Positions 41,642-55,028 of a stretch of DNA of 64,000 nucleotides are shown here, piece after piece (positions within the stretch are counted from its first letter, which is position 1; the number at the start of each line of letters is the position of its first letter). Position numbers and translations under genes: made by a program. This stretch comes from Eledone cirrhosa (lineage: Eukaryota). Under the pieces are notes generated by a model. That model made no database searches. It saw only the letters and a list, made by a program, of their open reading frames with translations, and had not been told where the DNA came from. The stretch lies in NCBI GenBank assembly GCA_964016885.1, contig OZ024740.1, forward strand, positions 106,454,001-106,518,000, read 5' to 3'.

Positions 41642-41766
41642 CAAAATTTGTTTTATAAATAGTGACATACCCAGGAATCAGACCTTAACGGTTCAAGTTC
41701 CGTTTAGATAGTGAGGGGAAAGAGGAAAAAAGAGGAAGAAAGGAAAAAGAAATATATATATATTCC

Positions 41767-41857
41767 AGAAAGAAGAAGAAGAAGAAGAAGAAGAAGAAGA
41801 AGAAGAAGAAGAAGAAGAAGAAGAAGAAGAAGAAGAAGAAGAAGAAGAAGAAGAAGG

Positions 41858-41903
<46 letters not shown>

Positions 41904-41935
41904 CTACAGCAACAACTTCTTCAGCAGCAGCAAGA
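41767..41935. repeat. Compound (GAA)n-(CAA)n microsatellite
   Basis: Directly visible. Confidence 0.95.
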
Positions 41936-42151
41936 TAATGGAGTGGGAGGAGTAAAAATCAATAGAAATTATGTTGTAGTTTAGAAAAGGAATGATTAAG
42001 ACAATAGAAACCAAACAAAAGAATTGAGATATTTATTGTGAAAAGACAATTAGTTATTTGAAATATCTATTAATGATATCAACGCCTGGCGTTAGTGACA
42101 GTTTATTATAGAAAATCGCCTACGTCCGCTGTACATATATATGTGGGGGGG

Positions 42152-42200
<49 letters not shown>

Positions 42201-42629
42201 GTCAGGTTGTTCTAGAGGAGTTAACCTCAATGACAACAATTCTCGATCCAGGGTTACAGTAAAGCCATAGGTAGTAGCCTGACAGATGTGAATTTCGGCG
42301 TATTGATCTTCATTCGGTGAAAATACACGACACAGTCTGGCTAGAGAAATCTCTTCAACCAACGGCCAGTCTTGGGTCAACCAATCCAGTAAGCAGATTA
42401 CTGCCAGTTAATAGAACTGGTGATTCATAAACTCAATTTAGCTACTTGAAAACACTATGGACTTCTGAAACAGCACCACGATTAAAGCCAGTGCCTCTCT
42501 GGTTGATGCAAGAAATTCGTCTTTCTCTGAGTCATATGATACTTCTGCATTTAATGGTGACCGTGGTCCAAATCTAAATAGAAGATCCTCAACCTAAGAA
42601 AGCACTTTCAAGACCCTCAGATACATTCA

Positions 42630-43880
42630 TCATGTCTACACTTAACTGCAGATCACTCTCATGCATCTCATCAAAAGCAGAACTGGATAAACTCATGGAC
42701 AGCTTTAACATCTCAGTCATATGCCTCCACGAACATCAATTAAAGCACACTCAAGATTCTCCAGATATTATCGATCACAACCTTAGTAGAAATACCATGT
42801 TCATAACCTCAGCCACCACAAATATACAAATCAAAGAGAATACAAAAACCTATAACACATCATCCTATTCTCCTCATAGTAGTCGTCCAGCCTCAGAAAT
42901 TAGTACAATGCCTCTCTTCTCATGCAATGCTTTTCGTAAGAGGTAACTTCAACACGCAAATTACTAGTAATTTCTCATATCACATCCAGACTGATACTAG
43001 TGGTGAACATATCGATTTTGTCAACCTTAACAATCTGATTATTGGTAATATCTCTTTCCAAAAACCTCGCAAGAAGTTGTGGACATGGAGATCCCCCAAA
43101 TTGACTATTGTCTTTACCGCTAAATATGGTGTAATATCATAAAGAGCTGCCAGACTTTCAACACATCCCACGCATTAAGAGGTGGCTATCGTATTGTATT
43201 AACAAAAATCAAACTGAATGTCCGAAAGTCAAAAATTGTATCTCATAAAAACCCTAACTGAGGTACAATTAAAGTTAATCCAACAATAAACAGAGATATA
43301 GACAACACTACTGGACTTCCCTTTGACAATCTCCCTAAATCCCAACAATCTTATCAGGCCTTCGTTGAAATCTGCAACTGCACCAAAAAAGAAAAGCTTC
43401 CTCCAAATCCAACATCCAGACCTGCTACTGTCGATCACATTGAAGTTTCCAACACACGTAAAGCAAATCTCAGATCAAATGTCAACAAAATAACTGCAGC
43501 TCAAATAAACCATCACCAAACATTCGACAGATGCGAAGAAGAGAAAATTAATAACACTTCAACGTTATTCTACCACATGGAAAATTGTGTGTGAGCTTTC
43601 TGGGGGAAAGTCTGGAGTCAATTTCATCCAAAGCAATGACAGTCTGGAAAACCCACTTCTCTAAGCTTATGAACACAAATGACAATCACTCCATAATAAA
43701 ACAGTGAACATTCCTCTTTTTGAACAAATTCGTCTAAGCTGTGATCTATTTTCACAAGCTGAAATCGACAGCGTCATTAAACACATGAAACTTAGAAAGG
43801 CACCTGGCCTTGATGGACTTCCTATTGAATTCTGGAGCTTTCGAGGGTCAGGAAATATTTTCGGAATTTTACAGAACACC
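42630..43880 (+). pseudogene. Degraded LINE (AP endonuclease to RT start), probably RTE group
   Basis: STLNCRSL, VICLHEH, GNFNTQI, FQKPRKKLWTWRSP, KAPGLDGLPIEFW across frameshifts. Confidence 0.75.
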
Positions 43881-43961
43881 AGTTTCTCTAATTTACTGTA
43901 ATAAAAGGCTTGTTTATGGGTTTATTATACGGTCCAAATAAGAAACAGTAGATATTTTAAA

Positions 43962-44032
<71 letters not shown>

Positions 44033-44064
44033 AGAACAAAAGATGGTTAAAAGAGTTCCATGTA

Positions 44065-44131
44065 TTTTATTATGCGCATTTCAAAAACAAATATCATCAT
44101 GCAATAATATTTGTGTTTTCATCAGATAAAA
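44065..44131 (-). ncRNA. Type I hammerhead ribozyme
   Basis: ttttat CTGATGA aaac-acaaatat...atatttgt-tttt GAAA tgcgca TA ataaaa. Palindromic stem III. Confidence 0.82.
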
Positions 44132-44968
44132 CAGGAAGACATGATATGAAGGTTAAAAAACACTTGTGGATAGTGCAGTTTTAAATCAACATATGAAAAG
44201 TAGTTTTAGATTGATGTGTGATATTGGGAAAAATATTTTATTTTGAGGGGGGGAGGTGGAAAGGGTGAAAAAGAGGAGGAGATGAGAGTAAAAAGTGGAG
44301 AGGGAGGAGTATAATGAGGAAGGATGAGATAGGAGGAGAGATGGGTGATAGAGAGAGATAGCTTTTATAACTGAGAAAGATATATTGTTTTACATAGAGA
44401 GGTTGAAAACCGTTGGAAGATAATGTATAAATTAAAAGAATTTGAAAATTAACGAAGAGAAAAATAATGTAAAGTTAAGGTTTGTATATTGAGGGGTTTA
44501 ATAATATGTGCGATGAAAAAGAAAATGTTAATATGTATTAAGAATAATATTTAAGGGTTTAATAACATGTGCGATGGAAAAGAAAAAGTTAATATGTATT
44601 AAGAATGATATTTAATAATATGTGCGATGGAAAGAAAATGTTGATATGTATTATTAAAAAGAACAACAGGTAATTTAAGTAAGGATATATTGTGAGATGA
44701 GCATGAATGAGTTAGATGAAAGGGAGAAAAGAATAATGAATTGAGGATGAATAATCTAACGTCAAAAAAATGTTTGTTTACGAAGGATTTTTACAAGGTG
44801 ATATAGAGTAAGAATGTATTGTATTATGTAATAATTGATTCTATGTTAGGCAACAGTGAGAAAAGGTACAGATTAGGGGTTAGACATTAAAATAAAAAGA
44901 GAATAAAGGGAAGTGATAAATAGGAGCGATATAGAATGAGTAACAAGTATTATAGAATGTATAATAAC

Positions 44969-46342
44969 TATAGCGAGATTACTGGGTTGTATGTATGTAA
45001 CAAAACGAGACATGGTTTGTGTATATAATATTTAATTAACGGTAGATAGAATACTTGACATGTCAAAGATAGATGTTAGAATGAAACAAAGTTAGTAGTT
45101 ACCGTTTTGATTGCCAGGCAAACGCGGCTGGCAGAGGGCGCCTGGCTAAGGCCAGGCGCCTGTTGGCCAAATTAATGGCAGAGCCAAATGAGAGGCTCTT
45201 GTCCTGGTGCCGAAAAGGCAAAGAGAGAGAGGAAGCTTAAAGTTGTTAGTTTTATAGGGCTCTGACCGGAAGTCGCAGAAAGGGTTCCACCTCCCGTCTA
45301 GATCCCAATCAAAACAAGGGAGACAACCGCTACATAACCTCCCGCCAGAATTTTAGTGTATAAAAATCGAAATGAAAATATGTAGCAAGTTGGCGAGAAT
45401 GTTGTAACAGGCATGAAAATTACGACAAAAGAATGTTTGGAAAAATCAATGATAGATATCAAGGTAGCCAACCGCTCTTGGCCAGAGAACGACTGGACAT
45501 CCATCTATCCATCACCCAAAGATACAATGTAATAAAGTAAAAGTAATAGAAGAGCTCAAAGTTCAAAATATAGTTCACAGGTGTGCAATCACATGACAGC
45601 AGGAAAGAAAGTGTGTTCCAGAGAATGAATGCCGGTGGTTTCTGTTCTGTGGTATATCGTGAAATTTCCAACCTCCGAATGGATTTTCTCACAGGAAGAG
45701 TGCTGCAAAAATGAATTCTCTGGCTTTGGTGAAGCTGTGTTGATGTATTGCTGTTGCTGTTATATTGCTGTTGCCTCGCTGAGTGAGCGTATTCGGTGTT
45801 TAAATTCACAGTAAAAAAATTTTTTTTTTTTTAGAAAAAGTGAGTTGCGCAAAGTGCTAGAAATAGCAGCCGAAGTTGATGGTCGATGTTGAGAATGCGT
45901 TGACCTGGAAGGGTCAAGAGGCCAGCGACCAGAGAAATAAGCATTCTTAATAAATGCGCGGTTATCAACTGTAAATTTACATTGTAAATTTATAAACCGG
46001 CAAATAGAAGAATATAGCTTAAGGCTGAAGAATCCCTGGTGATAAATGATATCTCTGGCGTGCGGCTGTCTGTGAGTAGAGACATCTCTGTGAATCGAGA
46101 ATTTATGCTGCCTACACGTGCCAATACAAGGTTGAAAAAAAAAAATATTTCTAACGCGCGAGAAAATGATAGTGCAATTTTGAAAGTGACAATGATGAAA
46201 AAGAAAGGCTTCACTCAGCATAATTATTGGTGTGAGCTTTGGAAAAAAAACAAAAAACTTGAACGATGAAGAAAACGATGAACAAAAAGGTAATGGTTCA
46301 TCGAAAATAAATGTTCCTGTTGAAATGTTTTTTAAAGAATAC

Positions 46343-46374
<32 letters not shown>

Positions 46375-46419
46375 GAAAGAGTTCGTTGTAAGAAACGAGA
46401 AACATATATATCGTGAAAT

Positions 46420-46452
<33 letters not shown>

Positions 46453-47085
46453 AAAGAGTTCGTTGTAAGAAACGAGAAACATATATATATATTGGTGAAA
46501 TGCGACAGTTAATTGATGCGTGAGAGAAAAAGTCTGTCTGTGCGAATTCCACATGTGCGTGTGTGCGTGTCCTTGAGTATTTTCATAGTTTGTCGCTAAA
46601 TTTGCTGTGTATTCGTAATGTTACTCACACGAAACCAGATGTGCTATTTTTTTCTTTTTTGGGGTTGACCACTTATAGCGATGAACGGCTGCGTGTTCGT
46701 ATCACGTTAAGGTTACCAATATAGCGAGATTACTGGGTTGTATGTATGTAACAAAACGAGACATGGTTTGTGTATATAATATTTAATTAACGGTAGATAG
46801 AATACTTGACATGTCAAAGATAGATGTTAGAATGAAACAAAATTAGTAGTTACCGTTTTGATTGCCAGGCAAACGCGGCTGGCAGAGGGCGCCTGGCTAA
46901 GGCCAGGCGCCTGTTGGCCAAATTAATGGCAGAGCCAAATGAGAGGCTCTTGTCCTGGTGCCGAAAAGGCAAAGAGAGAGAGGAAGCTTAAAGTTGTTAG
47001 TTTTATAGGGCTCTGACCGGAAGTCGCAGAAAGGGTTCCACCTCCCGTCTAGATCCCAATCAAAACAAGGGAGACAACCGCTACA
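44969..47085 (-). mobile_element. Young non-autonomous LTR element (TRIM-like) with 366-bp LTRs
   Basis: LTRs at 44969-45334 and 46720-47085 differ at one position that I could see. TAAC TSD on both sides. Minus-strand PBS TGGTAACC next to the 5' LTR and purine tract ggcgggagg before the 3' LTR. No gag/pol in the 1385-bp interior. Confidence 0.9.
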
Positions 47086-47290
47086 TAACCTTTGAAATAA
47101 GGTAGAAAGATGGGTATATTTTTAAAGAAGTGTATATATATATATGTGCCTTTGAGAAAATAAAATACATGGAACTCTTTTAACCATCTTTTGTTCTTAT
47201 ATATTATGTATACTCCAGTCCTACAAACTGTAGAGTGCTTCTTATCCGATATCTGCATTGCTTTATTGTACTAAAATAAAACTCACCTCC

Positions 47291-47371
<81 letters not shown>

Positions 47372-47641
47372 TAAATGTATATATATATATAGTATTAATG
47401 CCACACTATATAAACAAGACGCACGTGCTTGCCACACATATAACATTTGCACTATATAACCGCTTATTTTCATGTATTTTAACCTGTATTTTTTATTGTA
47501 TCTTTTAATATGAATGTAATCTCTAAGTGTGTACTGCCACTCTAAATGCTGTAATGAATGTTGACCCACAATATTTGCATATGTATCTGTATGTCTCTTG
47601 GGTGAAAAGGAGGTCATATAAGTGTTCACTCATTAATAAAT

Positions 47642-47688
47642 TGCTCCGAAGAATCCAAACCTCGGTTTGGAGGAAACAGTTGTAAGCA
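47642..47688 (+). ncRNA. Hammerhead fold with U4C core
   Basis: tgct CCGAAGA a-tccaaacc tc ggtttgga-g GAAA cagttg TA agca. Decayed relative at 51396-51442. Confidence 0.6.
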
Positions 47689-48059
47689 TAAAAATGTTTT
47701 GAACAGTTCTTTGATTCTAATATTTCATATATATATATATATAAAGAGTATACCCTTTAAGTGGGTGCTTTTTACCTGTTAATGACTCCGGCAAAGTACC
47801 GGTGAGACACACAGTGAAGTACGACTCCTATATATGGGGTGGTTGCCCACACTGACATCCTAGAACGCGTGTAGAATAAATACACTCGACTAATCGGTTT
47901 AAAATTTCTGGCATTCACCAACCTCTGGCCCACAAATGTACCTCTTTCATCGTTACTACAATGGTTTATGCTCCTTGGAGCTTGCTAAAATAATGTCCCC
48001 TCCATTCAAGCATTCGCCACTCACCTCCTCTCATTGCTGCTATGAACTCTTGCTAGACA

Positions 48060-48270
48060 TACGAGGTTCGGCTGAAACGTTTATACGTTGAGAAGTTCAT
48101 AGGCTGACTAAGATACTCACAAGGAATGACCAAATAAGGTTTATGTTTCAACATAGAAAGAAACAATGCAGTTACTAATAAGAAGAATTGAAATTAATGC
48201 TTGCAAGATTTCACAGCTCTAACATCACTCCTTCAGGATCAGCCTATGAACTCTTCATCCGACCCTCCTA
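48060..48270. mobile_element. Mariner-type MITE
   Basis: TA-flanked: tacgaggttcggctgaa...gttcataggctga versus tcagcctatgaactcttcatccgaccctccta. Confidence 0.65.
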
Positions 48271-50469
48271 CACAATTATTAACTCTTTCGTTATTCTATT
48301 TTAATAAAACATATTACGTATGATTTTCAATTAATTTTTTTAATTATACGGGTTTTTAATTATAATTAAATTTCTCATTAAGCTGGTATTTGGAACATAA
48401 CTTAACAAAAGTTCTAGCATGAAATTAGGATGAAAGGATTTGTATATAGATATTAACACTTTAAAACAAACATCGTAGAAGCCAGGGCAGTTTCAAACGG
48501 TTTGGTAACAAAGGTGTTCAAACACCTAAGAAACCTCCTGTGAGGGGTAACCTCATAGAAGGCTAGCCATATTTGCTAGGTCAGTGTCGTAGCAACAAAA
48601 ACATTCACTGAAGGAATTTCAAGCAATTGAATTTATGGACTCAGAGATAATAATTATAAGAATTATAAATAATAGGCGTAGTATCGTTAACAATTCAATT
48701 TAGAGCCATCGAGTTGCTTTAAACGTATTATATTTAAAGACTTAATCACATGAAATATATTTCAGTTTCACATAATGCCTCTAGACATTTGTTGCGCATT
48801 ACAAGGCTAATAATTTGATTAGCCGAGAATGCGTAGATGATGAAATAAACAGAGTCCTTAGAGCATAGTATTAGCAAGTCCATGGAGTTTTATATCGAGA
48901 GCGAAAGTTTCATCATCTATCTCAGGAACATATATCTTTCTTTATCTCTCTCTTTCTCTCGCTCCCTCTCTTTCTCTCCCTCTCCCTCTCTCTCTCCCTC
49001 TCTCTCTCTTTCTCTTTCTCTCACTTTCTCTTTCTCCCCCTCTCGCTCATACACATATAATCTCTTTCTTTTCTATCTTTTTCTTTCTTTCGTCTGTTCA
49101 CTTAACACGGAATAAACAATATTCTCTGGATTAGACTAATTTATTTTATATTTCCGTTGGTGAACAAGAGTGTTGTTAGTAGCAAGTTTTCATTGGTTCA
49201 CTATACTGTGACTATGTAGAAAATATCTTATCATTGTGAGTGACAAGAGATTTTCGGAATCGATAAATAAAATCCTAATCCAGGGTGGAGGTTGTCAGAA
49301 TTGTTAGGGCATTAGACAAGTTGCGTTGCAATAGATATCTGTTTCTGGTGTTTTGCGTGTGTGTGTGTGTGTGTGTGTGTACATGTGTACATGTGTGTGT
49401 GTGTGTGTTCTAGGGCTAACGCCTGCGACAACACTGGTGGCACTCTACATCTGTCCTTACCGTTCCCTTAGACAACACCGTTGGTGTGAAGAAGAGAGAC
49501 TTACATGCATGGCCAGCTACTGGTCTTTACCAAGCTTGTATCTAGGAGACTAACGTTTCAGTTGTAAATAAATGTTCTCGTGAGACATACGGAGGGGGTC
49601 CACTGTGAAAAATTGTTAGAGGAATGAAGTCCAGAATTAACTGTAATATAACTCATACAAAGAAACACAAAACTTCGGAAAACTTTTGCTGTACCATATA
49701 GCAAGAGAGTAAAAGCAAAAGAAACTAAACACATTTTAAAATTATCTGATATGCGTAGGTGAAAGAAATGAAAAACAAAAGTAGAAGTTATTAATATTGT
49801 CATAGGAGAGTTGGAAACAACACCAAAATAGCTTTTTGAAAGATTAAGTGACATTGCAGTTGAGACCTAGATATAGAGCTAAAGGAAACTGTCACATTCT
49901 ATTCTGTAAAAACCCTTCAAAAAGAAGTTAAGGACTAATTTAAGAACACACAATTTCAAAACCAAAATTATATCAGACATAAAAATAAAACATTTAAACA
50001 AAAGAATACACAATGAGAATACAAACAAGAAACAAAGAAAAAGCAACTAAGTGTAAATAATGAAAATAAAGATATTAAAATTTAAAATATTGATAATGTA
50101 AATCATGAAGACAGTCTTTTGCAGAAGAAAAAGAGATAAAATATACAGCAAAACATAACAAAGTCCAATGCTAACATACCCACATAACATTGACCAACAA
50201 AAGCCGAACCAGAACAATACAAAACGTAAATAGGAAGAAAAGTGAATGTGAGAAAGATTTTAAAATAAAGAATTCTAAAGATAAAAACTACGAATATGAC
50301 AAACAACCTACTAGAAATATTTAGCAAATCCTCCACAATGTACATCGTGCTGTGCTATAAAAGGAAGGCCACATTGGATGATATGGTTCGTATACACTAT
50401 GTTCGAAAAGAGAAAAAGAAATCGGTTAGTCACGATTGGAACGCTGTTTAATCAGAACTGATTATTGGC

Positions 50470-50730
50470 TAAACAACAAAAACAACAAAAACAACAACAA
50501 CAAAAACAACAACAACAAAAACAACAACAATAACACCAACAAAAACAACAACAGCAGCAACAACGACAACAACAACTACAACAACAACAACAATAACAGC
50601 TACAACAACAACAGCTACAATAACAACAAGAGCTACAACAACAACAACAGCTGCAACAAAAACAACAGCTACAATAAAAACAACGGCAGCAGCTACAACA
50701 ACAATAACAACAACAGCTATGACAATAACA
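50470..50730. repeat. Degenerate (AAC)n repeat
   Basis: Directly visible. Gives a poly-Asn pseudo-ORF. Confidence 0.9.
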
Positions 50731-51478
50731 TAGAAATAAATATTCTATCTACACAAGAACTGACACAACACTTAGACAAATTACCGAGACCACTCACATA
50801 ATAGAATATAGTCCTAGTCTGAAAAGAAAACACGAGTGGAATAGTAACAACTTGCAATTTTAATGACGGAAGACAGAATAAAGACACAAACAGCAAAAGA
50901 GTAAACGATATGAACCCATATACACATATAAAGCATACCTAGACATGACAAATACAAAAACACATGCACACACACACAAAGATGAAGGCGCAAACGTATG
51001 CATAATCACGAAACATAAAAAACGTACCACAAAACAAATACAAGATGGAGTAGAAGTTTAAGACGAGAAAAAAAGGAGGTACAAAACTGATAATCATTGA
51101 GGAGGTCACATAATGTGTGACGAAAGAACTTTGATAAACAAATGAATAACGAACAATAAAGATAAAGTGAAAGTAAAAATGATATGCCTCTTTAATTACG
51201 ATACTATTCTCTTGTAATCTCTGACACATGCATTCCACTCTGTACCTCTTTAATTATTATATAATTCTCTTATAATCTCTGTCACATACATTCCACTCTG
51301 TAAATATGAAATTGTTGTTGACAACATTAATATCCATGTATCTATATCATTGTTCAGTTGAATAGGAAGTTAATTATATGTCCAAACTTTGCTAGTGCTT
51401 CGATCATTCCAAACGAAAGTTTGGAAGAAACGATTGTCAGCAATAAAATGTTTTGAACATAGTTTTGATTATTGTGTA

Positions 51479-51558
<80 letters not shown>

Positions 51559-51573
51559 GTATATATATATATG

Positions 51574-51727
<154 letters not shown>

Positions 51728-52356
51728 AGAGAGAGAGAGGGGGGAAGAAGAAGAAATATAGGGAAGATTACGCACATGGTGGATAGGGTGTTATGGAATC
51801 GCTCCCGTAAGTTTGTGATAGATAATTCTTATTACAAATGGGACATAAGATACCAGTCTTAACTCTCAGGAAATGGCAACGCATAAAATTATGGCATAGG
51901 GCTTCAATATTTAATATTTAATTTTGTATCAGAAATGTTATAGTCAAAAAAGAAAATGGTTACAAATAGTCACAAATGGAAGAAAACAGCCAAATAATTT
52001 CACCACCAACACCAACACTGCCGCCGCCGCCACCACCACTACCACAAAAAATTTAGCGAGATACAACACCATCACTACAGTATTACTATCCCATCACCAC
52101 CGTCACCACTGCATCACCGCTACCACCACTATTCCACCACTACTCCCTGTTAAGAGGAGGATGGTAGTAGTGCCACGACACATGACTAGAAGCGAGGAAG
52201 TCACCAAAAGATATAAAAAGATATAAATAGACTGAATTAGTGACCCGGTCAAACAGCTAACAACAACACCAAAAAATAATAATTATTGTTGTTGTATCTC
52301 TAAATTCTCTCAAAATGGTTAGTTTAAACGATGTCAAATCTAAGCTATAATATAAT

Positions 52357-52952
52357 AATTGTTTCTACTTTTCGGCACAAGGCCAGCAATTACCCAGTGC
52401 ATTACTGGTACTTTATTTTATCGACCCCGTAAGGAAGAAAGGCAAAGTTAACCTCGGCGGGATTTGAACTCAGAATGGCAAGGACCGTAACTCTATACGT
52501 CAAAGCATGGTGTCCGACCCTCTACCGATACTGCCAATCCACCGCTTTAAACTATAATATAATAATAATAATAATTGTTTCTACTTTTGGTTCAAGAACA
52601 GCAATTACCCAGTGCATTACTGGTACTTTATTTTATCGACTCTGTAAAGATGAAAGGCAAAGTTAACCTCGACGGGATTTGAACTCAGTCCGTAAAGGGA
52701 CGTAGCTATGCTGCAAAGCATGGCGTCCGACCCTCTACCGATACTGCCAATCCACCACCGGTTAATAATATAATAATAATAATTGTTTCTACTTTAGGCA
52801 CAAGGCCAGCAATTACCCAGTGTGTTTCTGGTACTTTATTTTATCGACCCCGTAAGGATGAAAGGCAAAGTCAACCTCGGCGGGATTTGAACTCAGATCG
52901 TAAAGGGACGTAACTATGCTGGAAAGCATAGCGTCCGACCCTCTACCGACAC
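52357..52952 (-). mobile_element. Three tandem tRNA-derived SINE copies
   Basis: Copies at ~52357-52545, 52573-52758 and 52781-52952, separated by (TAA)n tails. Confidence 0.88.
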
Positions 52953-53229
52953 TAGTCGAAAAATTACAGAACAGAACACAGACAAAAACAAATGCAACAA
53001 CAAAAGAAAAACAAATTTCAAAAGTTTTCAACGCAACAACCCCTATTCCTTCGCAGCTAAAATCAAAAATAGCAACAGCAGCAACAACACTAGTAACCGA
53101 TGTTACTGGCCTTGAAAAACAAAATGGAAAATAAAAAACAAACAAAAAACTAAGTCAGACATTCAAACATTACAATGAAACTTATGTTTATTTTTTAAGT
53201 TTTTATCTATTTGTTTGTTTATTTATTTA

Positions 53230-55028
53230 TGTTCGTCTACAGCGTGAAGGTGCCACGCTAAAATCACCGGGGGTGATGAAATCACTGGGGGTGATGAAAT
53301 CACCGGTGGTTATGTAACCATACATTCACCAATCCAGCAGGGACCTGGCTGTCATCCAAATACTGTTGGTGTTGCAGGAAGAAGAAGGAAAGGGACAAGA
53401 TCCAACTGGACGAAAGAATTGAATAGAACTGTCATGGAATGTTACCTGAAGAGTAACCCCATGGAAAAAGGCTATAGGTAACGGATGCATAACATCTGGA
53501 ACGAGATTGGTCTATTTAAATTAGATGAACAAAAATTGGCCGGGCAGGCTCGGGTAATAAGAACTAATGGATGGATAAGCGAATTGGAACTGGAGGAACT
53601 GAACAGAGAGATTAAGTTGTAAATGGAGAGTGGAGTATGTCAGGCAAGCGAGCCAGTGGGAAATGAAGGTGAAGAGGTTGAAAGACCTGAGGAAGCATCC
53701 GAAGCAGACAATGATCTAAATTCTGAAATGCATAACATCTGGAACAAAGATACGGCCATTGAGGAAATGAATGCTGACGGGCTAGGACAATATTTGGTTG
53801 ATATCCTGAACTTAGTGGTTGATGAAATGAACAATGATAGTGGAAAAGCTATGAACCTAAGATTTGTAGACAGGAAAAAGTTAAAATAAACAACAGCTAA
53901 GGTAAACAAAGTCATCCCATACCTTGAGGCGAGGAACCTTCACCCAAGCAACAGCAAATGCGGTGAGGAAAGAGGAAACAACAAACAAGAAAGAACAGAA
54001 CCTTGGTGGAAGAAACCACTGAATGGTCAAATCAAGGAAAAGAGAAAAGACATTGGAAAGCTTGAGTCCCTACTGAATGGGACATTACAAAACTTAAGAC
54101 ACTAAAAATAGATTGGACATAAAGTACAAAACTAGGGGGGAAAAGCTAAATATTATCATAGAGGAACTGAAGCAACGCATTGTAGCAAAAAATGCAAAGT
54201 CAGTCAGTATAGACAGAACCGCATGTTTGACAACAACCAGAAGATGTTGTTTGGACAGCTTGAATGGAAAGAAAGAGGCAACGACTTGATCCCTAAGGCA
54301 GAACAGACCAAGATATTCTGGAGAGGAATATGTTGAACATCATGATCAAGCAGTCTGGATTGAGACAGTACAAAAGGAGATTAGTGAACAAGCACACCAA
54401 CAAACTGATTTGAGTATCACAGTTGAAACTCTTAAAGGGCAGGCCAAAAAACTAACCAACTGGAAATCACCAGGCCCAGATGGTGTGCAGGGGTATTGGA
54501 TCAAAAATATAACATCCCTCCACCCGAAACTGACAACCATGTTCAATGACTGCTTGATGTCGGGTGAGGTACCAGAGTGGTTGACAAAAGGTACTACAGT
54601 TCTGGTAATGAAAGACCGAATCAAGGGTAATGATGTTACCAACTATGGACCTATCACATGTCTGTCCGTAATGTGGAAACTGTTAACAAGCATTGTGTCG
54701 GAGGAAATCTACCATCACCTCCACATAAACAACTTGTTACCGGACGAACAGAAAGGATGCCGAAAGAAGTCCCGTGGTACAAAAGACCAGTTACTTATTG
54801 ATAAGATGGTAAGGAAGAATTGCAAGAGGAGACACACTGGTCTTGCCATGGGATGGTAGATTACAAAAAGGCATTCGACATGGTACCTCATTCTTGGATA
54901 ACCAAAAGCCTAGAGATCTTCAAGGTAGCAGATAACATCAGATAGTTGTTGAGCAAAAGTATGAAGTCCTGGGAAACAGAATTAACAATGGGTGGAGAAT
55001 CCTTGGGAGGCGTGAAGATCAAGAGAGG
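53230..55028 (+). mobile_element. R4/Dong-clade LINE, 5' half
   Basis: WTKELNRTVMECY, WKSPGPDGVQGYWIK, EQKGCRKKSRGTKDQLLID, DYKKAFDMVPH, VKIKRG. Begins after (TTTA)n and is cut by the LTR at 55029. Confidence 0.9.

Noticed and set aside
45760-46554. 264-aa ORF inside the LTR element as gag
   Set aside because: Poly-Lys from A-runs, no zinc knuckle or capsid-like motif recognised.
49740-50460. Possible further R4-like remnant (VINIVIGELETTPK)
   Set aside because: Too degraded to delimit or support beyond one short motif.
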